From: Camelus ferus
Taxonomy: Eukaryota
Direction of reading: 5' to 3'
NCBI RefSeq assembly: GCF_009834535.1
Contig: NC_045696.1
Location: 81,594,001 to 81,658,000, forward strand
DNA: 64,000 nucleotides
This document shows, one piece after another, positions 13,251 through 26,125 of the stretch. The notes beneath the pieces are model-generated. The model had not been told where the DNA came from, ran no database searches, and saw nothing but the letters and a program-made list of their open reading frames with translations. The position numbers were made by a program, and so were the translations under genes. Position 1 is the stretch's first letter. Each line of letters begins with the position of its first letter.

Positions 13251-13296
<46 letters not shown>
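13251..13296. repeat. (TG)23 microsatellite
   Basis: Perfect dinucleotide run. Confidence 0.97.
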
Positions 13297-13298
<2 letters not shown>

Positions 13299-14589
13299 CT
13301 GATGGCTGAGAGGCTGATAGATGAAATAAGGATGCAGACTTAGCAGCTAATTTACTAGCACTATAGTTAGACTGTAAAGATGTGGAAGGAAATTCGGTTG
13401 GCAGCCATTAATACACCACTCAGTCAAATGAATAGAATTACTGTTTAGGCTGGTACTAAGGAGTGCCAATGGTGTTGCATTTTTAACTAACAAATGCTGA
13501 GGGAATTGTAAGTGCATTTAAAAGACGATATGAGATTTCTGCTGGTGGAGAAAGGTTGATAAAACTGAGACAGAAGCAAAATAGCAAAGAATTGTCAGTA
13601 CACTCTATTCTGGGGGAACAGGATGCCAGCTTCCAAGCTGTCTTGAGAGTGCAATCCATGCACTATGCCCCTTAACGCCGGGAGAGGAGATGATGTGATC
13701 AGTACAACAACAATAAAAGGCTATAATCAACGAGTCAAGCAGATACACGGAATTCTACATTTCTGAGTTTGGCTCTTTGAGCTCAAGGGATAAGCCAACC
13801 CATACATGCTGAGTCGATGAGGGAAGGGGTTAGGTGTTGGTATGCAGTGGGGGAACCTGGTGGAGGTTCAGAAGATTTCCATGCCACCCACCTCATCCAC
13901 AGATCCATCCACAGACACATGGACTTCCCCCGAGACTCGTGGGAGCTCCCTTGAGGTTAAGCACACAGTCAACAGAGCTCAACCCTGCTGCACCACCTCC
14001 CTTGTGCACCGCCCCACCCCACAGTCACTTGCCCCTTCTGAGCCTTTTCATTACCTGCTCCCCACTCCCTAGGTCCTGCCTCTTCTTTTATCTGATCTCT
14101 GGTATAACAAGCCAGCCATCCTCTGCTCCTTGGGGGCTGTGTACTAGGGACACGCGTCTTCAGATCCTGACCTGGGACTGTCCCTGCAAACACAGTGCCT
14201 GCTAGGTCATCCTCCAGGATCGGCTGTAACCTTATCACGCTAACAGAGTGCTTCTCTCCCAGACTTGAGATACCAATACGAAAGCCTACCTTCCATCCCT
14301 CAGCCTCCGGAACCACCATGTTCCGGAAGAGGGGAACTTGTCCTGCCATGAAAACATTCGAGGTTTTTCATCATTAGTGTGGTTGCTCCAGAGCAAAGGG
14401 GTTGGAGATGCTTATTCAGAAAGCAAAGGTTTGGAGCCAGGAGGAAGGAAGGGAGAGGGGGAGGCAGAGAGGGAAAGCAAAGAAGGAAGGGAAAACAAAG
14501 GAGAAGGGAAGGCAGCTCCCTTTCCTTCTGGGCCTGTGGAATTACTCTGCGTCCCAGGCTGTGTAACAGGACGGCAGGAGTTACAGAAA

Positions 14590-14935
14590 CTCCTCTAGGG
14601 ACTTTTGCCTTTGCTTTGCCTTAACCTTGGAACGCTCTTCCACCAGACTCTGTGTGGTTGGCTCCCTGGCTTCTTTTAGTCTCTGCTCAAAGGTCACCTT
14701 GCTCAGAAAGGCATCTCCTGACTGCCTCAGACCCGTCACCCTGCTTTATTCTGCACACGCAGACTTCTCACTGCCTGCCGCGCCATGTAGTTATCTGCTT
14801 ATTGTCTATTTTTCCTACATTAAAATGCCAGCTCAGTCTAAGCACAGACTTGCCGGTTTGGTTTGGTTCAGTGCTGTCCTCAGAACAGTTCCTGGCAACA
14901 TCACAGAGGCTCCAGAAGTATTTGTTGAGTGAAAT
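14590..14935 (+). mobile_element. L2 3' end
   Basis: TCTCTGCTCAAAGGTCACCT...AAGTATTTGTTGAGTGAA. Confidence 0.8.
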
Positions 14936-16419
14936 TAGAGATCCAGGATTCTGCGGAGCTTGACTGATGTCTTTAGGATTCACTCTATTGGTTTAAAGCA
15001 CATAAGATGGGGACTGAGGTATTTGGGCTATGATGTGTGGTCTTCAGCTAAAATAATAAACATCAGAACTAAGCCAAGCACTCCTTGATTTGTAGACTAC
15101 CAGATGCTTCCTGCCAGATACATTTCCTTCCTATTATAATAAGTGAGGGAGAATGCCTATTGCCTGGAGTATGAATGACCAAGGTCTATTCTTTCAGATG
15201 CTGTGAGCCTTTGGATGGGTAGGGGTTCTTGGAGAACACTGGTTAGATGCATATAAGGCAAAGCAATCTGGGACCCTGTTCTTTGGGCTCCACTCCTTAC
15301 TGTTCACTTCCAGGTACATGGACATCTTGGTTTGACTGGTGGCAAAGCAATTCAAGTTTCTGCAATTATGTGAACAGAAAAATATCTGCTCAAAAAGAGC
15401 TTTGAGATCCCAGAATAAAGAACAGATGACCCCCCCCCCCGCAAAAAAAGACAAGATGACCCAAGATCAGACAAAGGGGAGTATGGATGTGGGAAAATCA
15501 ATTAATTTGAGTGGAACATGCCACTTGGGGTTTGAGTTCATCTGTTAAATGCCTTGTTTGTTCCATCCGTTGTAATCCCCCTTCCCCCGAAAGCCACAGA
15601 GAACTTGCATTTTATCCAAAGTAAATATTCCAGTGGATGAAATCCAAGCAGACCACGTGAGCACTATAAGGCTGAGTTCTAGAGGGTTTCTCCCACGCTG
15701 GCACTTGACATTTTGCGGTGGAGGAGGAGGGTTGGGAGGGTGGAGCTGTACTTTTGAAATGAGCAGTATCTTGTCTCTCTAAATCGATTTTTAATGAATC
15801 TACACCTCCAGCCCAATCAATTAGGTCAGGATGAAAAATAAAAATTTTCCTCTGATATGGTCTCTCCCCTCCACCACCTGATGTAGAAAATCTTGCCCTT
15901 TTCTAGCTGTTTGTATCCTTTTCCACTTTACTTGCACACTTGGTTACACACCTTTCCCCTTTCGTTAACCTGCCAGATTCTCACGTCTTTTTCTTAAATT
16001 TGATGGACATCTGAGGGAGATTTGGCAGCTGTGATGTGCTCCCTCTCAAGAAAGTCATGTCTAAGGCATGGGGGTCATGCAAATCAAAGATGAGCTGAAT
16101 AGCTGGCAGAGAAGGTCAATGGCTTCAGAATGGTTTCACATTTTATTTTATTAAAAAAATTTTAATCTTCCCATAGGGTCAAGTAGAAAAGGTCATCTTT
16201 CTGTGCAAATCTGGAGCATCCTCTTTATGCAAAGCCAGATGACCACAGGACTGAAACATTTCTGTCGTTGTTTCTGCCTGAGTTTGAACACCTTCCCTGA
16301 GTACCTGCTCTGTGCCCAGAACTCTGCTTTGCGGAGGGGTTAGGGGATTGGAGGAAGAAAAAATAGGACACAATCCTTTGGCATTCCTGAGTGGCTTCTG
16401 TACAGGAGACTGCTCATGA

Positions 16420-17300
16420 ATGTCCTAAAATACCTGTTCTCAACTCAGTCTTGTCCATTTCCAATCTGCTCTCCACACAGTAGTCCAATAGCCTTCCAAA
16501 AACAGTCAGATGGGGGCCATTACCCAGCTTGAAATATTCTGGTGTCTTCCACTGTGTAACATGGGATAAAGTCCATGTTTAATATGACTCACCCTTGTCT
16601 TCCTCTCCAGCTCCATCTCTTACCCATCACTTAGAGCTCGACCTGTAAGCAACAGTCTCCCTTCCTCAAGCACATCTCCCCTGCTGCTCTCAGACTCTCC
16701 AGCCTTCATCTCCGAGCCTTTGCATATGCTGTTTCTTCTGCCTCATATTCCTAACCTACTCCTTTCCTTGCTTCTTATCAGCTGGGAAACCCTGTTCATC
16801 TTTCATTCTTCAGACCAGATTAGATCCTTTTCCATGTGATTCCAGACAAGAATCTTTAACTCAAATGCATTTGGGTGCAGGATAGGTAAGTCAAATGGGT
16901 GAAACTGGCCATAAATGAGACAATTAGGAGTGGTGGGGAGCATGGTAAATTGGAGATTGCGTGCTTCTCTAAATGGTCAGCCACTTCTCAGTTCCAGAAA
17001 GTGTTCCCATTGGGGAATACAAGCCCACTTTTGCTGTTTTTTCCCTGGTTTTTAAAGAGAACTTAGAAATCCATATTTTTATGAGAATTACCCTGTTTAA
17101 TATGCTGTGTGGGCCCAGATGTGGTCTGAGGACCACTAGATGAGGCCCCCATTTAGCTGTCTTAGTCATCTTCCCTGAGGGCTATATGTGCTATGGAGAC
17201 AGGGGCAAGAGCCTATCTTGTTGATTGCTCTATGGTATTGACAATCCCTAGCACAGAATCTAGCACATAATGGGCCCCCCCAAACTACTGGTTGAATGCA
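16420..17300 (+). mobile_element. L2 3' region interrupted by MER102
   Basis: L2 motifs on both sides of the DNA transposon; ends TAGCACAGAATCTAGCACATA...GGTTGAATG. Confidence 0.7.
16845..17150 (-). mobile_element. MER102-like hAT-Charlie element
   Basis: AACTCAAATGC...GGAGTGGTGGGGAGC..GGTAAATTGGAGA matches antisense MER102. Confidence 0.7.
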
Positions 17301-17993
17301 CAGATGGCTAAATTAAAATGTCAAATCCAGCCTGTTTTGCAAGCTGCTGCCTCTCAAATCACCCTGATCTTCTCATCAGGATCTGTCCAGAATGAGTTGA
17401 GAGGAACTGACTCCTTCTACTAATACCACCCCCGCCACGTTCTTTCTTTTTATTTTTTATGTGACGTTTATCCACATGTGGCACTGGCGTAGGTACGATC
17501 ATGAGGGTTTGGGGAACTTTATCTCTTGCTCTGACCAGTTTAGATTCTCCCAGGATCAACTGCTGAGATGGGTGAGTACTTTCATAGACAGGAGAGTGAA
17601 GCTCAGAAGATGACTGTGGGGAGGCTGAAGTGGGAACTCGTGGCTCCTCTGGCTTTCCTCTCCTGGGTCTGGACTTCAGGGTGTGTCCATATGCCTGAAG
17701 GCATGCCCACGTGGGTGGTAAAAATTGCCCTCTTGCATGGACAGGCCAGAGTCCAGCTGAGAGATAGCCCTGTAGGGGACCCCACACTGAAGATGAGAAA
17801 ACTATCTCTTACAAACCAGATTATTTAATTGCAAGAGACTCTCTCCTTATTTCCTTTTTTTCTTTCTGAGGCCTTTAGCACAGCCTTGTTGAAATGATCC
17901 AGCCTTGGCTGGAAGGGGGGACACATGAGTAAGAGCGATAAATGGGGAAAAGCACCCCCAAGAGGCTCCCCAGCGGCAGAGCAGCAATGAGGA

Positions 17994-18139
17994 AGTGTAT
18001 CTAAAGTGCGGTCTTGGGGTACTTGTTAGAAATGCAGGTGTCCAGGCATCCTGCCCTCCCCCAGACCTCCCTTCCTCTCGGAGTGAAGCCCAAATATGTG
18101 CATTTTGAAGATGTGCTCTCTACAGTTTGAGAAACACTG
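17994..18139. mobile_element. MER5-like hAT MITE
   Basis: CTTGTTAGAAATGCAG core; AGTTTGAGAAACACTG end. Confidence 0.7.
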
Positions 18140-18619
18140 CCTAATGGGAAGGGGAAACAGAGATAAATCTTTCCCTATTTCACGGCTACCTTGCAAGCTC
18201 AGGGTTTGATTTTGCTAAGAAAGATGGCAGTTTCCTCTCCAAGGCACAGGTAGTATCTATTTCCTAATGGCGGGCTCTAATAAAGGTGTATCTGTCTGAA
18301 TGGCCTAACGACTTAGACCCTGGCCATGGTCCCCACTTCACCTGTTGCTCACCTGAGACTTCGGTGGGCTGCTTTGTGTCAGTGAGGATGGATCGAGGCC
18401 CTTTAAGGGGGCTGTTTCACAGTCATCCCTCTTGCCTGTTTTCCTAGTAGCCAACTGCAGAAACAGACTGTTCAAGTGCATAAAAAGAGACATGTAGTGA
18501 CACTCAGCAGGGAAGCAGGTCTTTTCTAAATAAGCAGCCTCATTGTTTCCCTGCTCAGTGGTGTGTTTACAGCGTGGGAGGCTGACTAGCTCAGTTGACT
18601 TAGAAACAGAAAGAAAAAC

Positions 18620-19050
18620 CAGGGATCTGGGAGCTGGGGAGTTGGCTCAGTCCCTGACTCACTGCATGGTCTGTGGTGAAGTCATCAGTGCCCCCCCACA
18701 GTCTCCCCACCCCGTAAAGAGAAGGAAACAATATGACCCCACTCTGTAAGCTGAGGATGATAGAATCGCAGGTTCTGGTTATTCAAAAGTGGTTTGCAAG
18801 TTCCAGAGTGATGCGTTTGCTGCTTGGGAGTAGAGGCGAGGACGGGACCTGTGATACTGAGAGGAAATACTACCCCAGAGTCAGAACAGGATTTCAGTCT
18901 TGGCTTTGAGACAAGCTTAACTGTGTGACCCTGAGTAAGCCACCTGATCTCAAGGAAGCCACCTTACTTTGGGCAAGGCCCCTGACCTCACCGACCCTCA
19001 CTTTCCTTAATGAAAGATAGAGAAGGGGTGTCAGGTGACCTCTGAAGGCC
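18620..19050 (+). mobile_element. Two MIR-like fragments
   Basis: CTGTGTGACCCTGAGTAAG and related core motifs. Confidence 0.5.
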
Positions 19051-19243
19051 TCTTGCTGGCTCCAGCCGTGTCTAGGAATTAATGAGAAGAAACCCACCTT
19101 TGCTCAGGAGCATGGTTGCTTGCTCTGACTTCCTTCAAAGAGCCTGTCAGAGGTGGGCTGGTCTCTGAGCAGCTATCATCCAGCAGAACTGGCTGGACTA
19201 ACATCTCTGGTTTGCCTTCATGTGTAATTTAAAATGAAAACAC

Positions 19244-19808
19244 GACATGGAAACAGCCTGAATGTCCATCAACAGATGACTGGATAAAGAAGATGTGGTA
19301 TATTTATACAATGGAATACTATTCAGCCATAAAAAACTGACAACATAACGCCATTTGCAGCAACATGGATGCTCCTGGAGAATGTCATTCTAAGTGAAGT
19401 AAGCCAGAAAGACAAAGAAAAATACCATATGAGATCACTCATATGCGGAATCTAAAAAAAAAAAAACCCAAAAAACAAAAAAACAAAAACCACCACCACC
19501 ACCAACAAACAAAGCATAAATACAGAACAGAAATAGACTCATAGACATAGAATACAAACTTGTGGTTGCCAAGGGGGCGGGGGGTGAGAAGGGATAGACT
19601 GGGATTTCAAAATTGTAGAAGAGATAAACAAGATTATACTGTATAGCACAGGGAAATTTATACAAGATCTTATGGTAGCTCACAGAGAAAAAATGTGACA
19701 ATGAATATATATATATGTTCATGTATAACTGAAAAATTGTGCTCTACACTGGAATTTGACACAACATTGTAAAATGATTATAAATCAATACAAAATGTAA
19801 AAAAAAAA
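19244..19808 (+). mobile_element. Young 5'-truncated L1 (ORF2 end, 3'UTR, polyA)
   Basis: [30 protein letters not shown] tail. Confidence 0.92.
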
Positions 19809-20719
19809 GAGAAACTATAAAGCAAATTTTAACAAGTGTGATGAAGCTCTCATTTTTCCTACGATGACTGTTTTGACATCTTTTCTTGGGACTAGTAACC
19901 AAATTCTTTAAAAACATTTTTGTGCCCCTGATTTGCAGGAGGCCAGAATGTGTGTTTATTCTGCCTCCTGGGTAACTCAGCAGTAGAAAGGTGGTCTTGT
20001 TGTCTCTGCAAGGGTCCTGCTGGTAATAGAGCCTCTTCCACAAAGAGATAACTCTGCTCAGAAAAGAGGAATTGGGATTTGAGGTGTGGCGTAGAAAGGA
20101 ATTCTGAGAAAAAAACAGTAACTGGAAACACTCAGTGGTAAACTGAGCCCTGTGGCCCCTGCTCAGGTTTGGATGTCTAGCCCTTGTCTTGATTCAGGCA
20201 GCTGGGAAGAGACAGGCATTTGCCTCATGGCCTCTTAGCCTTACCCTAAACCCAAGCTCGCTGGTTGGAAAGATGCTCTGAACTATCACGATATGAACTC
20301 TGAGGTCGGTAATGCTTCTGTCCTCATTAGGAGCCTTTTGACCTCCTCCAGGATGCAGGACTGCTGGGTGGAACAAGGAAGGCTCTGTCCCTTCACTGCA
20401 GTCCTGCACTTCCAGACGGGCCCTCCAAATTCCTCTCCTCTTCCCACTGTCTTGCCTTTCTCTTCCCTTGGGAGTTCTGTCACTGGCTGCATGCAGCTCC
20501 TCTGCCTCCGAGGTAAAGGCCCTAGCTGGTCCTCTGAAACAGGAAGCAAATGGTAGCTCTGTTATCTGCCAAGACCCAGGCTCGTGGGAAATGGCCAAGG
20601 ACCTGTCAGCTCATGATGTTCCTAGTGTCTGCTGTTTAGAAACAAGGGACAAAGGGTCAGATGACCTCCCCCAAGTGGCTATTTGTGAAGTCTGGGTGGT
20701 GAGCTGAGGCCAGGGTAAT

Positions 20720-21640
20720 GGAGGGCCTTTCTTTCTTAGAAGCTTGGGATGGAGACATATTAAATAGTTTTAAACAGGAAGATAAAAGATCAGATTGTGT
20801 TTTAGAAAAATCACACAGTGATGAAAACATTACAAGGCATCAGAGTGGTCATGGGGAGATGTAATGGTGTGGATGTGGGCTTGTTGGATGGGAATGGAGA
20901 GACATGTACAGATTCTGAGGGCTGGGGGTGGCACTGACTAGCCTTGGTGGTCTATTGTTCATGGGGGGTTGGGAGTATGAGAGAGGGAGGAAGCTGGGTT
21001 TCTGGTTTGGACAAACGGTCGATACCGAAACGATTCACTAAAATTGGGAACACAGATGGAGGAAATTTTGTTCTGGAGGGGGAAGCATTGAAATGATGAG
21101 TTTAATTTTGAATATATGATTCTAAGGCGCCTATGGGACATTCAGATGCAGATGTTTATGGGAAATAGCATGCATGTGTCCGGAATTCAGGAAAGAGGTC
21201 AGAGCTAGAGAAAACAATGGGGGAGAGCTGAGATAGTCCAGGGAGGGGATGCATGTGACCACGACAGAAGTCCCAGGACTACACCCTAGGAAGCACTTAC
21301 GTGAAAGGCATTTTGAGGCAGGGGGCCCCACGGAGAGTGGGGGATGAGAAGATGGGTCAGAGACAGAAGAAGAGGATCCGGAGATTTTAAAGGAGTGCTC
21401 AATAGCATCAAGTGCGGCCAAAAAGGTAAGAAAGATAAGGGTGAAATGTCCATGGCGGAAGCAGAAAGGAAGTTGTGGACTTGTTAAGGGCAGCTTTAAT
21501 AGTGTGGCTGGGGGCTGAAACCAGCAGCTTGAGGAAGGAGTTAAAGGAGAGAAAGTAAAAGGATGACTGTTTCCAAAAGTTTGGCTACAAAGTGGAAAGA
21601 GCTAGGGGAGGCCAGGGGGAGGCTGTGAAATCGAAGGAAG
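20720..21640 (-). mobile_element. L2 fragment
   Basis: Purine-rich antisense L2 motifs (GAGAGGTCAG-like AAGAGGTCAGAGCTAGAGA; AAGATAAGGGTGAAATGTCCATGG). Confidence 0.75.
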
Positions 21641-21955
21641 TTTCTTCACCTATTTACTTTGTTTCATTATATTTTCATTTAAGATGAAAGATTGGTTTAG
21701 TAGTCTAAAAGAAAAGAGAGAAAAATAGCCATCATGTACACGCAACAAAGTAAGCAGGCTTCAAAAGCACCGTGCTAAGTAAAAGAAGCCAGACACGACA
21801 GACTTCAAACAGCTTGACTGAGTTTATATGAAATTCTGGAAGAGACAAAACTATGGTGGCAGAGAGCAGGTCAGTGTTTGCCAGGACCTAGGGGTTGGGG
21901 TGGACACTGCTTGTGGGTACCAGAGAGCTATTTGGGGTGTGGGGAACGTTTAATA

Positions 21956-23838
21956 CGGGCAGTCCTTGGTGTGTGTGCTATTGATATGCCCAAATTTCAG
22001 TTATCACCACTTAGTTAAATAAACACCAGTCCCCAGCAACATCGTTCAAATTTCAGTTACAAGAGTATCTTAGCTGTGAGTAATTGCTGAAGTTACACAC
22101 TTTGCAGCTAGCCTCAGTGCGCAGACCGCTGTGTAGAGCAGGTGTGCATCTGCATCAGTGAGCCAGCACGGCGCCTCCTTCCGGGCGTTGACTGTTGCTC
22201 AGTGGCCACCTGTTTGTTCTGCGGTTCACTCACAGACTTCTTTGTGTTCCTGCCTTGTCTCCCAGCGGTAGACCCATGTGACATTTTACAAAAATGGACA
22301 ATGGAAAGAAGGAACTGGCCAAAAAAGATGAAACGGCAGCAAAGAAATGAAAAGTGGTAATACTGGAAGTGAAATTCAAGTCAAACGTAAACAGGAATAA
22401 AGCGGCAAAGGCTGACAGTGGGAACGCCGACTCGGCCACCGCTGGAGGGACTCTAGACAAGCAGCCGGAGAAAGCAGGTCAGGTGAACTTAACGTGGACA
22501 TAAATGAGGAAAATGGCTGTGATTAAAAGAATGAAGATGTCCCAGAAGAAGTGATACTGGTAAAAAACAAAACAAAAATACCCCACATTAAAGGCATTAA
22601 TCTCAGAAAGATGGTTCAAGAGCTATATGATACTGAACATGCCAAAGAAGGGAGCCCTCCTACATTGTTGGTGGGAACGTAGTTTGGTGCAGCCATTATG
22701 GAAAACAGTATGGAGATTCCTCAAAAAACTGAAAATAGACTTATCATATGACCCAGCAATCCCACTCCTGGGCATATATTGGGAGGGAACTCTAATTCAA
22801 AAAGATATATGCACCCCAATATTCACAGCAGCACTATTTGCAATAGCCAAGACATAGAAGCAACCTAAATGTCCATTGACAGATGACTGTATAAATAAGT
22901 TGTGGTATATTTACACAATGAAATATTACTCAGCCATAAAAAAGAATAAAATAATGCCATTTGCAGCTACATGGATGGACCTGAAGATTGTCAGACTAAG
23001 TGCAGTAAGCCAGAAAGAGAAAGAAAAATACCATATGATATCACTCATAATGTGGAATCTAAAACAAAAACAGGAAACAAATTTAAAAAAACCCACAAAT
23101 GAACTTATTTACAAAATAGAAACAGACTCACAGACATAGAAAACAAATTTATGGTTACCAGAGGGGAAAGGGGATGGGAAGGGATAAATTGGGAGTTTGA
23201 GATTTGCAGATACTAACTACCGTATATAAAATAATACAAGTTTTATCTGTATAGCACAGGAACTATATTTAATATCTTGTAATAACCTAAAATGAAAAAG
23301 AATATGAAAAGGAATATATGTATGTGTATGCATGACTGAAACATTATGCTGTACATCAGAAATTGACACATTGTAAATTGACTATACTTTAATAAAAATA
23401 TATATATACATTAAAAAAACAAGTGCAAAGGAGTCAATGTTTGAAGCTGATCCAAACTTAGAAAGGACTGTGACAGTTCACCAAGGTGTAGAAAAGATGC
23501 TCACTCTGTATCATAAATTACACGACAGGAAGGTGGCCAGCACTGTTCAAGCTACTCTTGAGAAGCTTTTTACAAGTAAATAAAATACCTTAGCTCTCAA
23601 TTTTTTGGATGTTTTCAATTAGAGTGTACTAAGTATTTGTTTTACTATTTTTTTTTTTTTTAGTTTCTCTATTCATTTATAACTGATAGCAAGAGAGTGT
23701 TTAGTATTTTGACAAGGATTTTTGAAGGTAATGGAGTAATAAAAAATTTCCCCATTATTGATTTAACTCACTTTGCATGATCTCAGCTTGTGGGTTCAGT
23801 TATGGTTTCACACTACTGCGCAAAGCAAGGACCACCTA
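21956..23838 (+). mobile_element. Tigger6-like TcMar element, itself interrupted by L1
   Basis: TA on both sides; TIRs GGCAGTCCTTG / CAAGGACCACCT; remnant MDNGKKELAKKDETAAKK. Confidence 0.75.
22645..23419 (+). mobile_element. Young L1 3' portion
   Basis: ORFs 22627 and 22876 encode HCWWE...[28 protein letters not shown] (ORF2p C-terminus). Confidence 0.93.
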
Positions 23839-23959
23839 TATCTTGACTGAGGGGTGGTTACAAGGCTATATTTATTTGTCAAAACTCATCAAATTGTACA
23901 TTCAAAACTGATTACTTTTATTGAATACAAATCTCAATTAAAATGTTAAAAATAGCTAT

Positions 23960-24130
23960 TATATATTGAAATTGCCATTTGACTGACATTTCACACATAT
24001 CTGTCATCTTGTAGCAGCCCTGCAGAGTAGTTATTTTTATTCCAACCAATTTATAGATAAAAGAACAAAATCTCAGGGAGGTGGTGTGATTTACCCAGGC
24101 CGTACAGCTAGCAAGCACCAGAGCTCTCTC
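23960..24130 (-). mobile_element. MIR
   Basis: Antisense MIR core (TTTATAGATAAAAGAAC..CTCAGGGAGGT). Confidence 0.7.
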
Positions 24131-24146
24131 CAAGCCCTCCCTAAAC

Positions 24147-24260
24147 CAGGGGTTCTCAAACTTGGCTGCTAATGACTAGAATCACTGGCGGAGGGTTATG
24201 AAGTGCTGACGCCCGCGCCACACCCTCCCCAGGTGGGAGAGCCTGCACCACACTGTCTTT
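24147..24260. mobile_element. MER5A-like hAT fragment
   Basis: CAGGGGTTCTCAAACTTGGCTGC...TAGAATCAC. Confidence 0.6.
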
Positions 24261-24534
24261 CATCAGCCACCATGAAACAATATGTGGTGACATGTTACAT
24301 GAAAATCTGTCTATTTTAAAGTGGGGGGAGAAGAATGGAGTATGTAATCTCTGTAAGTCAGAAATAGTGAAGTTTTATTACAGTTTTTCCTATATAGAGG
24401 ACTAAACTTCAAACTAAACTTTATTTATACAATTTATAATCTCTAGACCACCCCCCAAAATATCGATGGGTAGAACTGCAATTTCCTTTGCAAGTAGGAG
24501 ATTTAGTTTGAAAGAATTTTTTTGGTTGCTATTG

Positions 24535-24755
24535 TTAAGACTTCATTTTTCAAAGAGTTGTTTTAGGTTCATGGCAAAACTGAGCAGAAGGTACAGAGAT
24601 TTCCCACATACCCACTGCTCCCACACATCCACAGCCTCCCCGTTATCAGCATCCCCACCAGAGGGTACATTTGTTACAATTGTTGAACTTATGCTGACAC
24701 ATCCTTATCACCCAGAGTTCATAGCTGACGTTACAGTTCACTCTTGTTGTTGTAC
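24535..24755 (-). mobile_element. L1MA/MB-type 3' end
   Basis: TTTAGGTTCATGGCAAAACTGAGCAGAAGGTACAGAGATTTCCCA. Confidence 0.8.
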
Positions 24756-24799
24756 TGAAAGACTTTTAAGTCTCATTTTTAACTGCTTTCTTAATCCTC

Positions 24800-25000
24800 A
24801 ATTTTCAGCAGTTACTGGGTACCTATGATGAGCTGGACACTTGCTCAGGGCTTTTTATATATCATCTCATTCAGTCCTCAAGTAACCCCATTATCCTCAT
24901 TTTACAGGTGAGATTCAGATTAATTAACTTGCTCAAGGTCTTAGAGTTAGAAAGCAGCAAAGCCTAGATTTAAACCCATGTCTGACTCTGACCCCTGTAC
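24800..25000 (-). mobile_element. MIR
   Basis: CATTTTACAGGTGAG...TAACTTGCTCAAGGTC. Confidence 0.75.
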
Positions 25001-25499
25001 TTTTACATGCATTACCTCATTATTATTGCTGTTAAATTATTAATAAATTATATTACCTAAGCAATATGTCTAGTAAAGTTCTTGGCGCAGAGACAGCACT
25101 CAGCAACCCTGAATTCCCTTCCTTGAGGATCTGGTTCTCAAGGTTGGGAGGGACGTCCTGAGGCTAGGCAGGTGGCAGTGGGAAGGCAGAACAAATCTCA
25201 GGTGGCCTGAGCATTGCCGGTTGTGAGTGGGACTCTGGGCAGGTGGGGCTGTGCCTTTGGTGACTAAGGGGCAGGCTGGGCTGGTGGGAAATTGTCATGT
25301 GATATGATGCCACACGCTGAGCTCGTGCCTGGCTTCCGGAGGTGGACACCTCATATGCAAGGGCAAGAGGCCTGCTGAGCTGCTGGAATGCATAGGGTAC
25401 CTGCTCAGCTTATGATCATTGTCTTTTGGGAAGGCCTGTTTGGAGCAAGATGATGTGTTTGCTAATTGTGAGACAAGATTTCACGGGAGGTAGAGAGCA

Positions 25500-25745
25500 T
25501 AGGAGTTAAAAACTTGGTGGTTAAGTGCATGTGCTTTGGAGTCAGGCATACCTGAGGCTGAATCCCAGCCTGACCACTTGTTAACTGTGTGACCTTGAGG
25601 AAGTTGTTAACTTAGTTATCCCATTCATAAAAAGGGGATAAAAATGCCGGGGAACCTAAGCCTATGGTAATTATTAAGTGGGTTCATTTACGTACAGCAT
25701 TAGCACAATGCATAGTTTATAGGGAGTTCTCAATGGATAGTAACC
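25500..25745 (+). mobile_element. MIR
   Basis: GTGGTTAAG...CTTTGGAGTCAG...CTGTGTGACCTTGAG. Confidence 0.8.
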
Positions 25746-25759
25746 ATTTTTTTCAGTTT

Positions 25760-25929
25760 AAAAAAAAACCCTCTGTGTCACATTATTTGTTTGTTTGTTT
25801 GTTTGTTTATTGGTGGGGAGAGGTAATTAGGTTTATCTATGTATTTATTTAATGGAGGTACTGGGGATTGAACCCAGGACCCTGTGCATGCTAAGCACGC
25901 ACTCTACCACTGAGCTATACCCTCCTCCT
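25760..25929 (-). mobile_element. vic-1-like SINE with extended 3' tail
   Basis: A/B boxes; TSD A(T)6-7CAGTTT at 25746-25759 and 25930-25942. Confidence 0.9.
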
Positions 25930-26125
25930 ATTTTTTCAGTTTTACTGAGATATAATTGACATATAGCATTGTGTAAGTTTTAGGTGTACAGCATGATGAT
26001 TTGATACATGTAAAGACTGCAAAATGATCACCATAATAAATTTAGTTAACATCCATCACCTCACATGGTTTTTTTCCTTGCCATAAGAACTTTCAAGATC
26101 TACTCAGCAATTTTCAAATATCTGA
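25930..26125 (-). mobile_element. L1MA-type 3' end
   Basis: GAGATATAATTGACATA...GGTGTACAGCATGATGATTTGATA. Confidence 0.8.

Larger units (their letters stand above)
21720..23950 (+). mobile_element. Old L1M 3' end split at a TA by a Tigger element
   Basis: 21720-21955 (CTAAGTAAAAGAAGCCAGACAC) continues at 23839 (TATCTTGA...TTTGTCAAAACTCATC). Confidence 0.8.
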
